The position numbers and the translations under genes were made by a program. This document shows, in pieces, positions 1 through 8,651 of a stretch of DNA of 64,000 nucleotides. Each line of letters starts with the position of its first letter. The stretch's first letter is position 1. This stretch comes from Eubacteriales bacterium. Lineage in GTDB: Bacteria; Bacillota; Clostridia; Oscillospirales; CAG-272. Where the stretch lies: the NCBI GenBank assembly GCA_045589215.1, contig JAZNOQ010000085.1, positions 4,348 to 68,347 on the forward strand. The letters run 5' to 3'. The notes beneath the pieces were generated by a model. That model was given only the letters and a program-made list of their open reading frames with translations, had not been told where the DNA came from and made no database searches.

Positions 1-1050
1 CACGTGACGGTCCTTCCCGTTTTGTCAGACGGCCGCGTGCGCGGCTACCGCAATAAAGCACAATATCCCGTCGCGATGGGCAAGAATGGCATCGAGGCGG
101 GCTTTTATGCATCCAAAACGCACCGCCTTGTTCCTGCAATCGACTGTGCGCTTCAGCCTGCACGCTTTTCTGAGATCGTCGCCTTTCTGTGCGCGTTCGC
201 GAACAAGCATAAGATCCCCGCGTATAACGAGGAAACAGGGAAGGGGCTGATCCGCCACTTTTATCTCAGGCAGGGAGAGGGAACGGGGGAGATCCTCGTC
301 ACGGTCGTCGTGCGGGATGCAAACTTTCCCCGTGGATACGATATGGCGCGGACGCTTCGGAGACAGTTCCCCGAGGTTGTCGGCGTGCTTCTATGCATAC
401 AGCACGAAAATACCAACGTGGTGCTTGGGGAAAAATATATCGTCCTCGACGGCGTGCGGACACTTCGCGACCGTCTTTGCGGACTTGAATTCGAGATCGA
501 CCCCGCCGCCTTCTGGCAGGTGAACCACGACGGAGCGGAGCTGCTTTACGGACTTGCAAAGGAGCGAGCGGCGCTTACGGGGAAGGAGACTCTTCTTGAC
601 CTCTACTGCGGTATCGGCTCGATCGGGCTTACGATGGCGGACAGCGTGAAGGAGCTTATCGGCATCGAGATCGTCCCCGAGGCGGTCGAGTGCGCGAGGA
701 AAAACGCCGAGCGAAACGGTATTACGAACGCATCCTTCTACTGCGGAGACGCGTCGAGTGCGGAACGGTTCCTTTCTGCCGCCGAGCAGGGGCGCGGAGA
801 GAAGATCTCTGCCGACGTTGTTGTGATCGACCCGCCGAGAAAGGGTACGACACGAGAGCTGATCGATGCGATCGCGGCGCGCGGGGTTCCGCGTGTGGTG
901 TACGTTTCCTGCGGCCCCGACACCCTTGCGAGAGACTGCAAATATTTCTCTGAAAAGGGCTATGAGATCGGGGAGGTGCAGCCCGTTGATCTGTTTCCGA
1001 GGACGGGGCATGTCGAATCTGTCGTGTGTCTGACGAAAAAATCACAATAA
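1..1050 (+). CDS. 23S rRNA (uracil-5-)-methyltransferase, RumA/RlmD (TrmA) family; 5' end truncated by window edge
   Basis: The frame is open to base 1. SAM-MTase motifs are DLYCGIGSIGL, VVIDPPRKG and VYVSCGPDTLARD, with the C-terminal QPVDLFPRTGHVESVVCL typical of RumA enzymes. Confidence 0.85.
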   Translation, partial: HVTVLPVLSDGRVRGYRNKAQYPVAMGKNGIEAGFYASKTHRLVPAIDCALQPARFSEIVAFLCAFANKHKIPAYNEETGKGLIRHFYLRQGEGTGEILVTVVVRDANFPRGYDMARTLRRQFPEVVGVLLCIQHENTNVVLGEKYIVLDGVRTLRDRLCGLEFEIDPAAFWQVNHDGAELLYGLAKERAALTGKETLLDLYCGIGSIGLTMADSVKELIGIEIVPEAVECARKNAERNGITNASFYCGDASSAERFLSAAEQGRGEKISADVVVIDPPRKGTTRELIDAIAARGVPRVVYVSCGPDTLARDCKYFSEKGYEIGEVQPVDLFPRTGHVESVVCLTKKSQ

Positions 1051-1090
1051 CCCTCACCGACAAAAACGAATACTTACACGAGGTACTACT

Positions 1091-1471
1091 ATGCCAATAG
1101 ATCCTATTGATTTCATAGCAATCATTTTCATCGTCTTTATCGTTGTGTTCTGCGTGATTGCGATGATCAGAGGACGCAAACGAGATAAGACGTATAAACA
1201 GCAGCTTGAGGAAGAATTAAAAAAGGTACCAAAGATCGACGAAACGATACACGTAGAGGTGGTCGACCAAAAGTGTTTTGTCACGTCGGAGGGGACCAAG
1301 CTCCCGAAAACGGCTCAGAATTTTGTGATCTTTTTTCAGGACGATCACGGAGAAATACTTAAAATTCCGGTCGAGGAGGATATCTACGACGCTTTCGAGA
1401 TCGGGCAGGTCGGAAAGCTCACGCTGATCGGTGGCAGGGTTCAAGGCTTTGTTTTGGACGAACAAGAATGA
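1091..1471 (+). CDS. small single-pass membrane protein (DUF2500-like)
   Basis: 126-aa ORF with an N-terminal hydrophobic helix (FIAIIFIVFIVVFCVIAMI) followed by a soluble beta-rich domain. The family call is from memory only. Confidence 0.45.
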   Translation: MPIDPIDFIAIIFIVFIVVFCVIAMIRGRKRDKTYKQQLEEELKKVPKIDETIHVEVVDQKCFVTSEGTKLPKTAQNFVIFFQDDHGEILKIPVEEDIYDAFEIGQVGKLTLIGGRVQGFVLDEQE

Positions 1472-1525
1472 CCTTCGGTTGGATTCGTGTCCAAAAAAGA
1501 ATAGAGATTATAGGATTTTAGCAAT

Positions 1526-2401
1526 ATGAAAAAAAGAGCAATTTTCTACATAATTCTTGCGGGGATCTTCTGGGGAACATCGGGGATCTTCGTGCATTAT
1601 CTGACGCCGTACGGCTTTACGTCCTTTCAGATGACGGGTGTTCGTGCCACTGTTTCGTTTCTTTGTATGCTGGTGTATTCCTGCGTTCGCGCAAGGTCTG
1701 CGTTTCGCATAAAGCCGATCTATCTTCTGTTCTTTTTCGGAAGCGGAGCGTGCCTGTTCTTTACGGCAAGCTGTTACTTTCTGTCGATGCAGATGACCTC
1801 GGTTTCGACGGCAGTTGTGCTGATGTACACAGCCCCGATCTACGTGATGATCTTCTCGGTGCTGTTTCTTAAGGAAAAGCTTACGAAGCTGAAGCTCGCA
1901 GCCGTTCTTGGAATGCTGATCGGGTGTTGTCTCGTTTCGGGCATCATCGGCGGTCTGCGGTTTGATGCTGTGGGGATCCTGTTCGGAGCCTTGTCGGGTA
2001 TCGCTTACGCGGGATATAATATTCTGACGAAAATTATGATGCAAAAGAAGATCGCGCCCGCGTCCGTGACCCTGTACAGCTTTCTGTTTATGTCCCTGAT
2101 ATCCCTTTTCGTGCTTGAGCCCGTAAAGGTGGTAACGAATGCCTCTGCGGCGCCTGCTGTCACGATCCCCTTGCTTCTCGGGCTTGGGATCTGTACCTTT
2201 GTTGTGCCGTACGTCCTCTACACCCTTGCAATGAAGAGCCTGTCGGCAGGCACTGCATCGGCACTTGCCGTGGTTGAACCGATGGCGGCGACACTGTTCA
2301 GTGTCATTTTGTTCAAGGAGCCCCTTGATCTGTTTTCGGTGATCGGGATCGTATTGATCCTTGGTGCTATTTTTATGATAGGAAAAGCGGAAAAGGAGTA
2401 A
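1526..2401 (+). CDS. EamA/DMT-superfamily transporter
   Basis: 291 aa with about 10 hydrophobic helices in two repeated halves, an EamA-like pattern (ILAGIFWGTSGIF ... LLGLGICTFVVPYVLYTLAM). Confidence 0.8.
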   Translation: MKKRAIFYIILAGIFWGTSGIFVHYLTPYGFTSFQMTGVRATVSFLCMLVYSCVRARSAFRIKPIYLLFFFGSGACLFFTASCYFLSMQMTSVSTAVVLMYTAPIYVMIFSVLFLKEKLTKLKLAAVLGMLIGCCLVSGIIGGLRFDAVGILFGALSGIAYAGYNILTKIMMQKKIAPASVTLYSFLFMSLISLFVLEPVKVVTNASAAPAVTIPLLLGLGICTFVVPYVLYTLAMKSLSAGTASALAVVEPMAATLFSVILFKEPLDLFSVIGIVLILGAIFMIGKAEKE

Positions 2402-2403
2402 AT

Positions 2404-3048
2404 ATGAAAAAAGTAGTTTTGATCGGAGATTCCATCCGAATGGGGTATGACAAATATGTCAAGGAAGCGCTCAGTAATACGGCTGAGGTCTATTATCCCG
2501 GTGAAAATTGCAGATTCGCGGAATATGTTCTGCGCTATGCGCACGAATGGAAGAAAAAAGGAGGATGGGGGGACGACGTCGACCTCGTTCACTGGAATGC
2601 GGGGCTGTGGGATGCGCTCGAGCTGTTCGGAGACGAGCCGCTTACATCTCTTTCGTACTATGAGGAGGCGATCGCCCGGATCGACAAGCGGTTCAGGATG
2701 CTTTTCCCGAAAGCGAAAATTGTTTTTGCCACGTCTACCTCCGTGAAGGAGGAGTGGTGCAGACCGGAGTTCAAAAGACATAATGCTACGATCGAAAAAT
2801 ACAATACTACTGCGCTGCGAGCGCTTTCTCATACGGATACCGTGATCAATGATCTCTATTCTCTCATGAAGGAAGTCCCCGACTCCTACCGCTCCGATTT
2901 TGTGCATTTCTACACGCCCGCGGGCACTGAGCGGATCGGCGGCAGAGTTTTATCGGTTATTTGTGATCTTCTTGAGATCACACCGTCGGAGGTCAATATA
3001 GAGAATTTCAAGCCCGAGCTTTATTCAAGCAGCAATATAGGATATTGA
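2404..3048 (+). CDS. SGNH/GDSL-family hydrolase (esterase), cytosolic
   Basis: AAAGGAG RBS. Block I GDS motif at the N-terminus (VVLIGDSIRMGY) and a late DxxH-like block (DFVHFY). No signal peptide. Confidence 0.75.
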   Translation: MKKVVLIGDSIRMGYDKYVKEALSNTAEVYYPGENCRFAEYVLRYAHEWKKKGGWGDDVDLVHWNAGLWDALELFGDEPLTSLSYYEEAIARIDKRFRMLFPKAKIVFATSTSVKEEWCRPEFKRHNATIEKYNTTALRALSHTDTVINDLYSLMKEVPDSYRSDFVHFYTPAGTERIGGRVLSVICDLLEITPSEVNIENFKPELYSSSNIGY

Positions 3049-3089
3049 TGCCGTAGTGCCGACGGAAAATCGAAAAGGAGTACATAAAA

Positions 3090-3785
3090 ATGTGGAACGG
3101 AAAGAAAAAGGCAATCACCTTCAGCTTTGACGACGGTGTTACGCAGGACGAGCGGCTGATCGCGATCCTCAATGAATACGGACTGAAGGGAACGTTTAAT
3201 CTGAATTCCTCTCTGCTCGGTCTACCGAACGCGCTCGACAGAAACGGACGACGGGTGCCGCACAACAAAATTTCTCCGTCCGACGTCGGGAGGATCTACG
3301 AAGGGCATGAGATCGCGGTACATACTCTTACACACCCCAATCTCACACGTCTTGACGACGATACGGTCGCGTATCAGGTGGAAAGCGATCGGCGGAAGCT
3401 TTCGGAGCTTGCAGGATACGAGGTCGTCGGTATGGCGTATCCGTGTGGCGGTGTGAACAACGATGACCGCGTAGCGGCGGTGATCCGAGAGCGCACGGGT
3501 GTAAAATATGCCCGAACGATCACGTCGACACATCGCTTTGATCGGCAGGATAATCTATATCGCTTCGATCCGTCGGTGTATTATGTAGAGCCCGAGCTTG
3601 AGAAGATCGTGGATGAATTTTTCGCGCTTGAAGCCGATGAGCCGCAGCTTCTTTATATTTGGGGACATTCGTACGAAATGGATGCCGAATATATCAGTTG
3701 GGAACGCTTTGAAGAAATCTGCAAGAAGCTCTCAGGGCACACGGATATTTTCTACGGAACGAACAAGGAAACGCTTCTTATCTAG
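3090..3785 (+). CDS. polysaccharide deacetylase (NodB homology / CE4-like), cytosolic
   Basis: NodB motifs FSFDDG and HTLTHPNL are present, with a good RBS and no signal peptide. Confidence 0.8.
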   Translation: MWNGKKKAITFSFDDGVTQDERLIAILNEYGLKGTFNLNSSLLGLPNALDRNGRRVPHNKISPSDVGRIYEGHEIAVHTLTHPNLTRLDDDTVAYQVESDRRKLSELAGYEVVGMAYPCGGVNNDDRVAAVIRERTGVKYARTITSTHRFDRQDNLYRFDPSVYYVEPELEKIVDEFFALEADEPQLLYIWGHSYEMDAEYISWERFEEICKKLSGHTDIFYGTNKETLLI

Positions 3786-3916
3786 GTATGCTTTTGATGT
3801 GCAGTATCGTAATTTAGTGGATAAAAAACGGAAGATTTAGAATTGCTTTTCTTGAATGTAACTGCTATAATACATAATAAAGTCTACGATAATTCCTGAA
3901 GAAAGAAGGAGAGAAA

Positions 3917-4951
3917 ATGAAACATTTAGAAAAATGTATTGATGCGCTCATAGAGAATGAGCTTGTTCAAAACATTATCGTTCGTGTCGGACGCGGTGAC
4001 GAGATCCTTTGCGACGTCAAAAGAACCACGCAGGATCGCGTCCTCACCGAAGAGACGCTATTCGATATGGCATCGGTCACGAAGATCGTTGCCACCACCT
4101 CTCTTGCCTTGATGGCGATCGATAAGGGATTGCTTTCCGTTTCGGATCCCGTGAGCAAATTCTTCCCCGTATCCGACGACAAGAAGGAAATGACGGTAAA
4201 ACACCTGATGACGCACACGATGGGCATCGGTCACAAGTCGCTTCTGAAGCACGAGGGCGGTTACGAGACCGTTCAGGATTACATATTGAATATTCCTTCG
4301 GATGTTCCGTTCGGAACGGAAATTCGTTACAGCTGTCCCGGCTTTATCGTTCTCGGCAGAATACTTGAGACGATCTACGGAGAACGCCTTGACGTTGCAT
4401 TCAAAAAGCACGTTGCGGAGCCACTCGGGATGCATTCCTCAGGTTATTTGCCGGATCGAACGCTCGATATCGTAAATGCAAACGGCAAGGAAGAAATGTG
4501 CGGAGTGGTCAATGATTACAACTGTCGACACCTTGGCTGTGTTGCGGGAAACGCGGGGCTGTTTTCGAATCTCAAGGATATGACGCTCTTTGCAAAAATG
4601 CTGATGGCACACGGATCGCCGCTCTTTTCAGAGGAGACCTTTACGCTTGCCGCAAGAAATTACACCGAGAATATGGCAACCGTAAAAACGTCCGGTCACC
4701 GTGGACTTGGCTACGTATACGTGAACGAGAACTTTATGCAGGCAGGCGGGCTTTTCCCTGATGGAAGCATCGGACATTGCGGCCACACGGGACAGTCGGT
4801 ATTCGTCGATCCAGAGAGTGGGCTGTATGTGATCATTTTGACCGATGCGACCCTCAGTATCGCGAAAAAGCTCGGGAAATCAAGCTACGAGCCGGTCATG
4901 CAGATGCGGCATGATCTTCACGCCGCAATCAAGGCAGACCTCGGCCTTTAA
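3917..4951 (+). CDS. serine hydrolase of the beta-lactamase/transpeptidase-like fold (esterase/amidase)
   Basis: SxxK nucleophile motif (MASVTKIV), a class-C-like length (344 aa), an HTGQ-type C-terminal block and no signal peptide. Confidence 0.8.
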   Translation: MKHLEKCIDALIENELVQNIIVRVGRGDEILCDVKRTTQDRVLTEETLFDMASVTKIVATTSLALMAIDKGLLSVSDPVSKFFPVSDDKKEMTVKHLMTHTMGIGHKSLLKHEGGYETVQDYILNIPSDVPFGTEIRYSCPGFIVLGRILETIYGERLDVAFKKHVAEPLGMHSSGYLPDRTLDIVNANGKEEMCGVVNDYNCRHLGCVAGNAGLFSNLKDMTLFAKMLMAHGSPLFSEETFTLAARNYTENMATVKTSGHRGLGYVYVNENFMQAGGLFPDGSIGHCGHTGQSVFVDPESGLYVIILTDATLSIAKKLGKSSYEPVMQMRHDLHAAIKADLGL

Positions 4952-4975
4952 GACGGATTTAAGGAGGAGAATAAA

Positions 4976-5716
4976 ATGGAAATTCGTGACGGCCTCAAGA
5001 TAGAGGGTGGTGCTATTCGGTCATTCCTGATGATCGGACAGTCGAATATGGCGGGCCGCGGAGAATTTGACGAGGTCGAGCCGATCAAAAACAAGAACTG
5101 CCTGATGCTCCGTATGGGCAGATGGCAGACGATGAGCGAGCCGATCAATCCCGACAGGAGGGTTCTTGGAAAAAAGAATCATAGCGGGATTGGTCTTGCG
5201 GCAAGCTTTGCGGATGAGATCGCAAGGGCTACGGGGGAACGGATCGGTCTGATCCCCTGTGCCGACGGCGGAACCCAAATAGAACAATGGATGCCGGGCG
5301 AAATTCTGTACGATCACGCGCTCTTTATGGCGAAGCTCGCGATGAGAACGTCGACACTTGCGGGTATCATCTGGCACCAAGGAGAGAGCGACTGTCATAC
5401 CGACGCGGAGCTTCTCGCGCATAAAGATCGCTTCGTCACGATGATCACGTCGCTTAGGCAGGAGCTTGACGCCGAGGAACTTCCCCTCATCATTGGAGAG
5501 CTATCGGAGAATCCCGGAGAGAAATGGGGATTTGAGGATCGCCCCGCGCGAATGAACGAACAGTACCGTGAGATTGCGAAGGAGCTGCCGAATTGTGCGA
5601 TGGTTTCTGCTGAGGGACTTTCTCTGAAGGACGACGGCATCCACTTTAATTCAGCATCTCTCCGCGTGTTCGGAAAGAGATACGCCGAGGCATATTTGCG
5701 TCTCGCAGAGAAGTGA
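4976..5716 (+). CDS. sialate/carbohydrate O-acetylesterase-like SGNH hydrolase (DUF303 type)
   Basis: GQSNMAGRG nucleophile block, WHQGESD block and a DGIHF C-terminal block. No signal peptide. Confidence 0.7.
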   Translation: MEIRDGLKIEGGAIRSFLMIGQSNMAGRGEFDEVEPIKNKNCLMLRMGRWQTMSEPINPDRRVLGKKNHSGIGLAASFADEIARATGERIGLIPCADGGTQIEQWMPGEILYDHALFMAKLAMRTSTLAGIIWHQGESDCHTDAELLAHKDRFVTMITSLRQELDAEELPLIIGELSENPGEKWGFEDRPARMNEQYREIAKELPNCAMVSAEGLSLKDDGIHFNSASLRVFGKRYAEAYLRLAEK

Positions 5717-5768
5717 ATAAAACGAAGAGACAGAGTCGTACGACTCTGTCTCTTCTGATTATTAGCCT

Positions 5769-6392
5769 TTACTGCAGCTCGCTCGGCAGATGGCTGACGT
5801 CATTGAATGACAGCAGCTTTATTTTTCCGTTTTCGTATTCTGCCACGGTGATCGATGTGTTTTTCGGAGGCGTGACGTCCTGTACCCGCTCGATCGAAAT
5901 GCCCGACCAAGCTGCTACAATGCCGCGGATGATGCCGCCGTGTGTGAAGATGAGGACGGTCTCGCCGTCGTGCTTTTTCGCAAGCTCGGACAGGTAGAGA
6001 AATGCGCGGTCATACCCGTCCTTGAAGCTCTCCCCATTTGGGAAACGGAAGGTGCCGAGGGAGCGTTGTCTCAAAGCAAAGGCGTCGGGCTCCTCGCGCT
6101 TGATGTCGGAGATGAGACGGTTTTCCCACGTTCCGCAATCAAGCTCGCGGAGTGCCTTGCTCGTATGCACGGGCAGACCGAGGCGTTTCGCGGTCGGTGC
6201 GGCTGTGTCACGCGTGCGAGAAAGATCGCTCGCGTAGATCGCAGCTGCAGAAATGCTTTTTGCGATATGCTCTGCCGTAATAGCCGCTTGCCTTACCCCA
6301 AGCTCGTCGAGTGGGGAATCGACCTGCCCCTGACAGCGCCCTGTCGTGTTATACGTGGTGCGTCCGTGACGGATGAGGATAAACTTTACCAT
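5769..6392 (-). CDS. histidine phosphatase family protein (phosphoglycerate-mutase-like)
   Basis: RHG motif (FILIRHGRTTYN) and a later HGG block (FTHGGIIRG). The start is moved to the ATG at 6392, which has a GGAAAGAAGG RBS. The ORF-track start at 6482 lacks an RBS. Confidence 0.8.
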   Translation of the reverse strand: MVKFILIRHGRTTYNTTGRCQGQVDSPLDELGVRQAAITAEHIAKSISAAAIYASDLSRTRDTAAPTAKRLGLPVHTSKALRELDCGTWENRLISDIKREEPDAFALRQRSLGTFRFPNGESFKDGYDRAFLYLSELAKKHDGETVLIFTHGGIIRGIVAAWSGISIERVQDVTPPKNTSITVAEYENGKIKLLSFNDVSHLPSELQ

Positions 6393-6576
6393 ATTTCGCG
6401 CCTTCTTTCCAAAAGTCTTTTGTTTATCTGTATCGTACCACAAAATTCGGCTTTCGGCAAGAGGAAAAACGTATTTTTTCAAAAATCACTTGTTTTTCTT
6501 TTCGAAGAATCTTTACAAGGCGGAACTTTTATTGTATAATGTTGTATGATTGAAGAAACAAACAGGGGAGTGTAGT

Positions 6577-7182
6577 ATGAGCTTTTGTAACGTAGAAAAG
6601 GAACTTCTGAAAAAAGGATATTCGGTCGTATGCTTTGAAACAAAGGAAGAGGCGAGGGATTACCTCGTTCGGACGGTAGAGCGCAGGATCGTTGCGTTCG
6701 GAGGCTCGGTCACCCTTGAGGAAATGGGGCTTTACGAGGCGCTCGGAAAGCGAAACAGCGTGATCTGGCATTGGAGAGTGCCGGGGGGGGCTACCGCCGC
6801 CGACGTTCGCCGTGAGGCGGCGTCTGCAGATGTGTATATTTCATCCGTGAACGGGCTTGCCGAGACGGGTGAGATCATCAACATCGACGGAACCTGCAAC
6901 CGTGTCGCCGCAACGCTTTACGGGCACGAGCGCGTGATCTTCGTTGTTGGAAAAAACAAGCTTGCGCCCGACTATGAATCGGCACTTTTCCGCGCGCGCA
7001 ATGTTGCCGCCCCGAAAAACGCACAGCGCCTCGGGGTGAAAACACCGTGTGCCATCCGTGCGGATAAGTGTTACAACTGCAAGAGCCCCGCGCGTATCTG
7101 CCGCGCGCTCTCAGTGCTTTGGGAGAAGCCGAACGGCGCTGATATCGAGGTCGTGCTTGTAAATGAGGAGCTCGGATATTAA
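6577..7182 (+). CDS. LUD-domain protein (YkgG/LutC-like)
   Basis: GLAETGEIINIDGTCNR and the VIFVVGKNKL pattern are typical of the LUD domain, and there is a C-terminal Cys cluster (CAIRADKCYNCKSPARIC). The start is set at the ATG after an AGGGGAG RBS. Confidence 0.7.
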   Translation: MSFCNVEKELLKKGYSVVCFETKEEARDYLVRTVERRIVAFGGSVTLEEMGLYEALGKRNSVIWHWRVPGGATAADVRREAASADVYISSVNGLAETGEIINIDGTCNRVAATLYGHERVIFVVGKNKLAPDYESALFRARNVAAPKNAQRLGVKTPCAIRADKCYNCKSPARICRALSVLWEKPNGADIEVVLVNEELGY

Positions 7183-7217
7183 GACGTGCTACCGTCTGTG
7201 ACGAAACGGAGAAAAGG

Positions 7218-8006
7218 ATGAAACGAACGAAGATTCAAATTGATCCGCGTGATTATCCGAGCGCGCTTACGGCGATCCTTGACGGTGCGGCGGTCTACGA
7301 TAGCAGCTGCTCCCCTGAAGCGAGGGTGATCTATATTGAGGCGGGCAGGGGATATTATCTGAAGTCTTCCGCAGAGGGAACGCTCGGGAGAGAAGCCGAA
7401 ATGACGCGGTACTTCTATAAAAAAGGACTTGCGTCGGAGGTCTTATATTACGGCTCGGACCGCGGGCGGGATTATCTTCTCACGTCGCGCATCGCAGGGG
7501 AGGATTGCTGTGACAGGCGGTATCTTGAAGACCCGAGGCGCCTTGCCGTTCTTCTCGGAGAGCGCCTTCGTGCGCTTCACGAAACCGAGTATCGTGATTG
7601 TCCCGTCAGAGACAGAATGAGAGGCTATCTTGCGACGGCTGCGGAAAACTACGGAAAAAGGCAATATGATCTCTCCTACCTTGCGGATGGGCTCGCGCAT
7701 TTCACCGCGGACGAGGCGTACCGATACGTCGAAGAGAACAGGGGCGCGTTCAAAAACGAGGTGCTTTTGCACGGCGACTATTGTCTGCCAAACGTGATAC
7801 TCGATGATTGGCGCTTTTCGGGCTTCATCGACCTTGGCGCGGGCGGAGTCGGAGATCGACACGTCGATCTTTTTTGGGGCGCTTGGACGCTTTGCTTCAA
7901 CCTCGGAACCGATGCGTACCGCGATAGATTTTTTGATGCATACGGCAGAGAGTGCGTGGATGAGAATATGATCAAGCTCGTTTCTGCCTGCGAGGTGTTC
8001 GGCTGA
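7218..8006 (+). CDS. aminoglycoside 3'-phosphotransferase-like kinase (APH family)
   Basis: Brenner/catalytic loop LHGDYCLPNVIL followed by GFIDLGAGGVGDRHVDL, as in APH(3') enzymes. Length is 262 aa. Confidence 0.75.
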   Translation: MKRTKIQIDPRDYPSALTAILDGAAVYDSSCSPEARVIYIEAGRGYYLKSSAEGTLGREAEMTRYFYKKGLASEVLYYGSDRGRDYLLTSRIAGEDCCDRRYLEDPRRLAVLLGERLRALHETEYRDCPVRDRMRGYLATAAENYGKRQYDLSYLADGLAHFTADEAYRYVEENRGAFKNEVLLHGDYCLPNVILDDWRFSGFIDLGAGGVGDRHVDLFWGAWTLCFNLGTDAYRDRFFDAYGRECVDENMIKLVSACEVFG

Positions 8007-8045
8007 TCGCAAGCGGATCGAATTCTTAGAATGTGAAGGTGTATT

Positions 8046-8639
8046 ATGAAAAAAGCGGAAGGCACACCCAAGAAAAAGGTCAAAAGCGGCTCGGCGCTGT
8101 TTATGTATATTGTGATCGCCCTGATGCTGACCGTTTCGGCTCTTTCCTTTGTGCTGTATTATGGAGATTACATTCCGAGTGCCGTTCTTCTCTGGGTGGG
8201 AGTTACAGCATTTACGATCGTTTATCACTTCTGGGGGAGAATTCTCCTCGGAAACCTGACGAAGCTCTTTCGGATCCACCACGGTCAGAGGTGGTTTCGG
8301 GAGCATGGCTTTGAAAAAAGGCTGTATAAGCTCCTCTGTGTGCGAAAGTGGAAGGAAAAGGTGCTGACCTACGATCCCGAAGCGTATGACGTAAAAAAGC
8401 ACACGCTCGAAGAGCTTGCGAACACGATGGCGAAGTCTGAGACCGACCACTGGATAAACGAGCTTTTGTCACTGTCGACCTTGCTTTTTGCGCTTCTTTG
8501 GGGAGAATTGTGGATCTTTGCCCTTACGGCGGCGGTCGCTATGCTGTTTGACGCGCAGTTCATTGTCGTTCAGCGCTACAACCGCCCGCGCGTGCTTCGC
8601 CTTTTGGAACGAAAGCGGCGGCGCGCCGAGGGGTGTTGA
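8046..8639 (+). CDS. membrane protein of the CrtO-like (glycosyl-4,4'-diaponeurosporenoate acyltransferase) family
   Basis: The VRKWK, ETDHW and C-terminal VVQRYNRPR motifs resemble staphylococcal CrtO as I recall it. It has 4 hydrophobic helices. Confidence 0.5.
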   Translation: MKKAEGTPKKKVKSGSALFMYIVIALMLTVSALSFVLYYGDYIPSAVLLWVGVTAFTIVYHFWGRILLGNLTKLFRIHHGQRWFREHGFEKRLYKLLCVRKWKEKVLTYDPEAYDVKKHTLEELANTMAKSETDHWINELLSLSTLLFALLWGELWIFALTAAVAMLFDAQFIVVQRYNRPRVLRLLERKRRRAEGC

Positions 8640-8651
8640 AAGGAGAAAGCT

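Noticed and set aside
7443-8450. 335-aa minus-strand ORF spanning the APH-like and CrtO-like genes.
   Set aside because: It crosses an intergenic region and two motif-supported plus-strand genes. It has no RBS and an Arg/His-rich composition.
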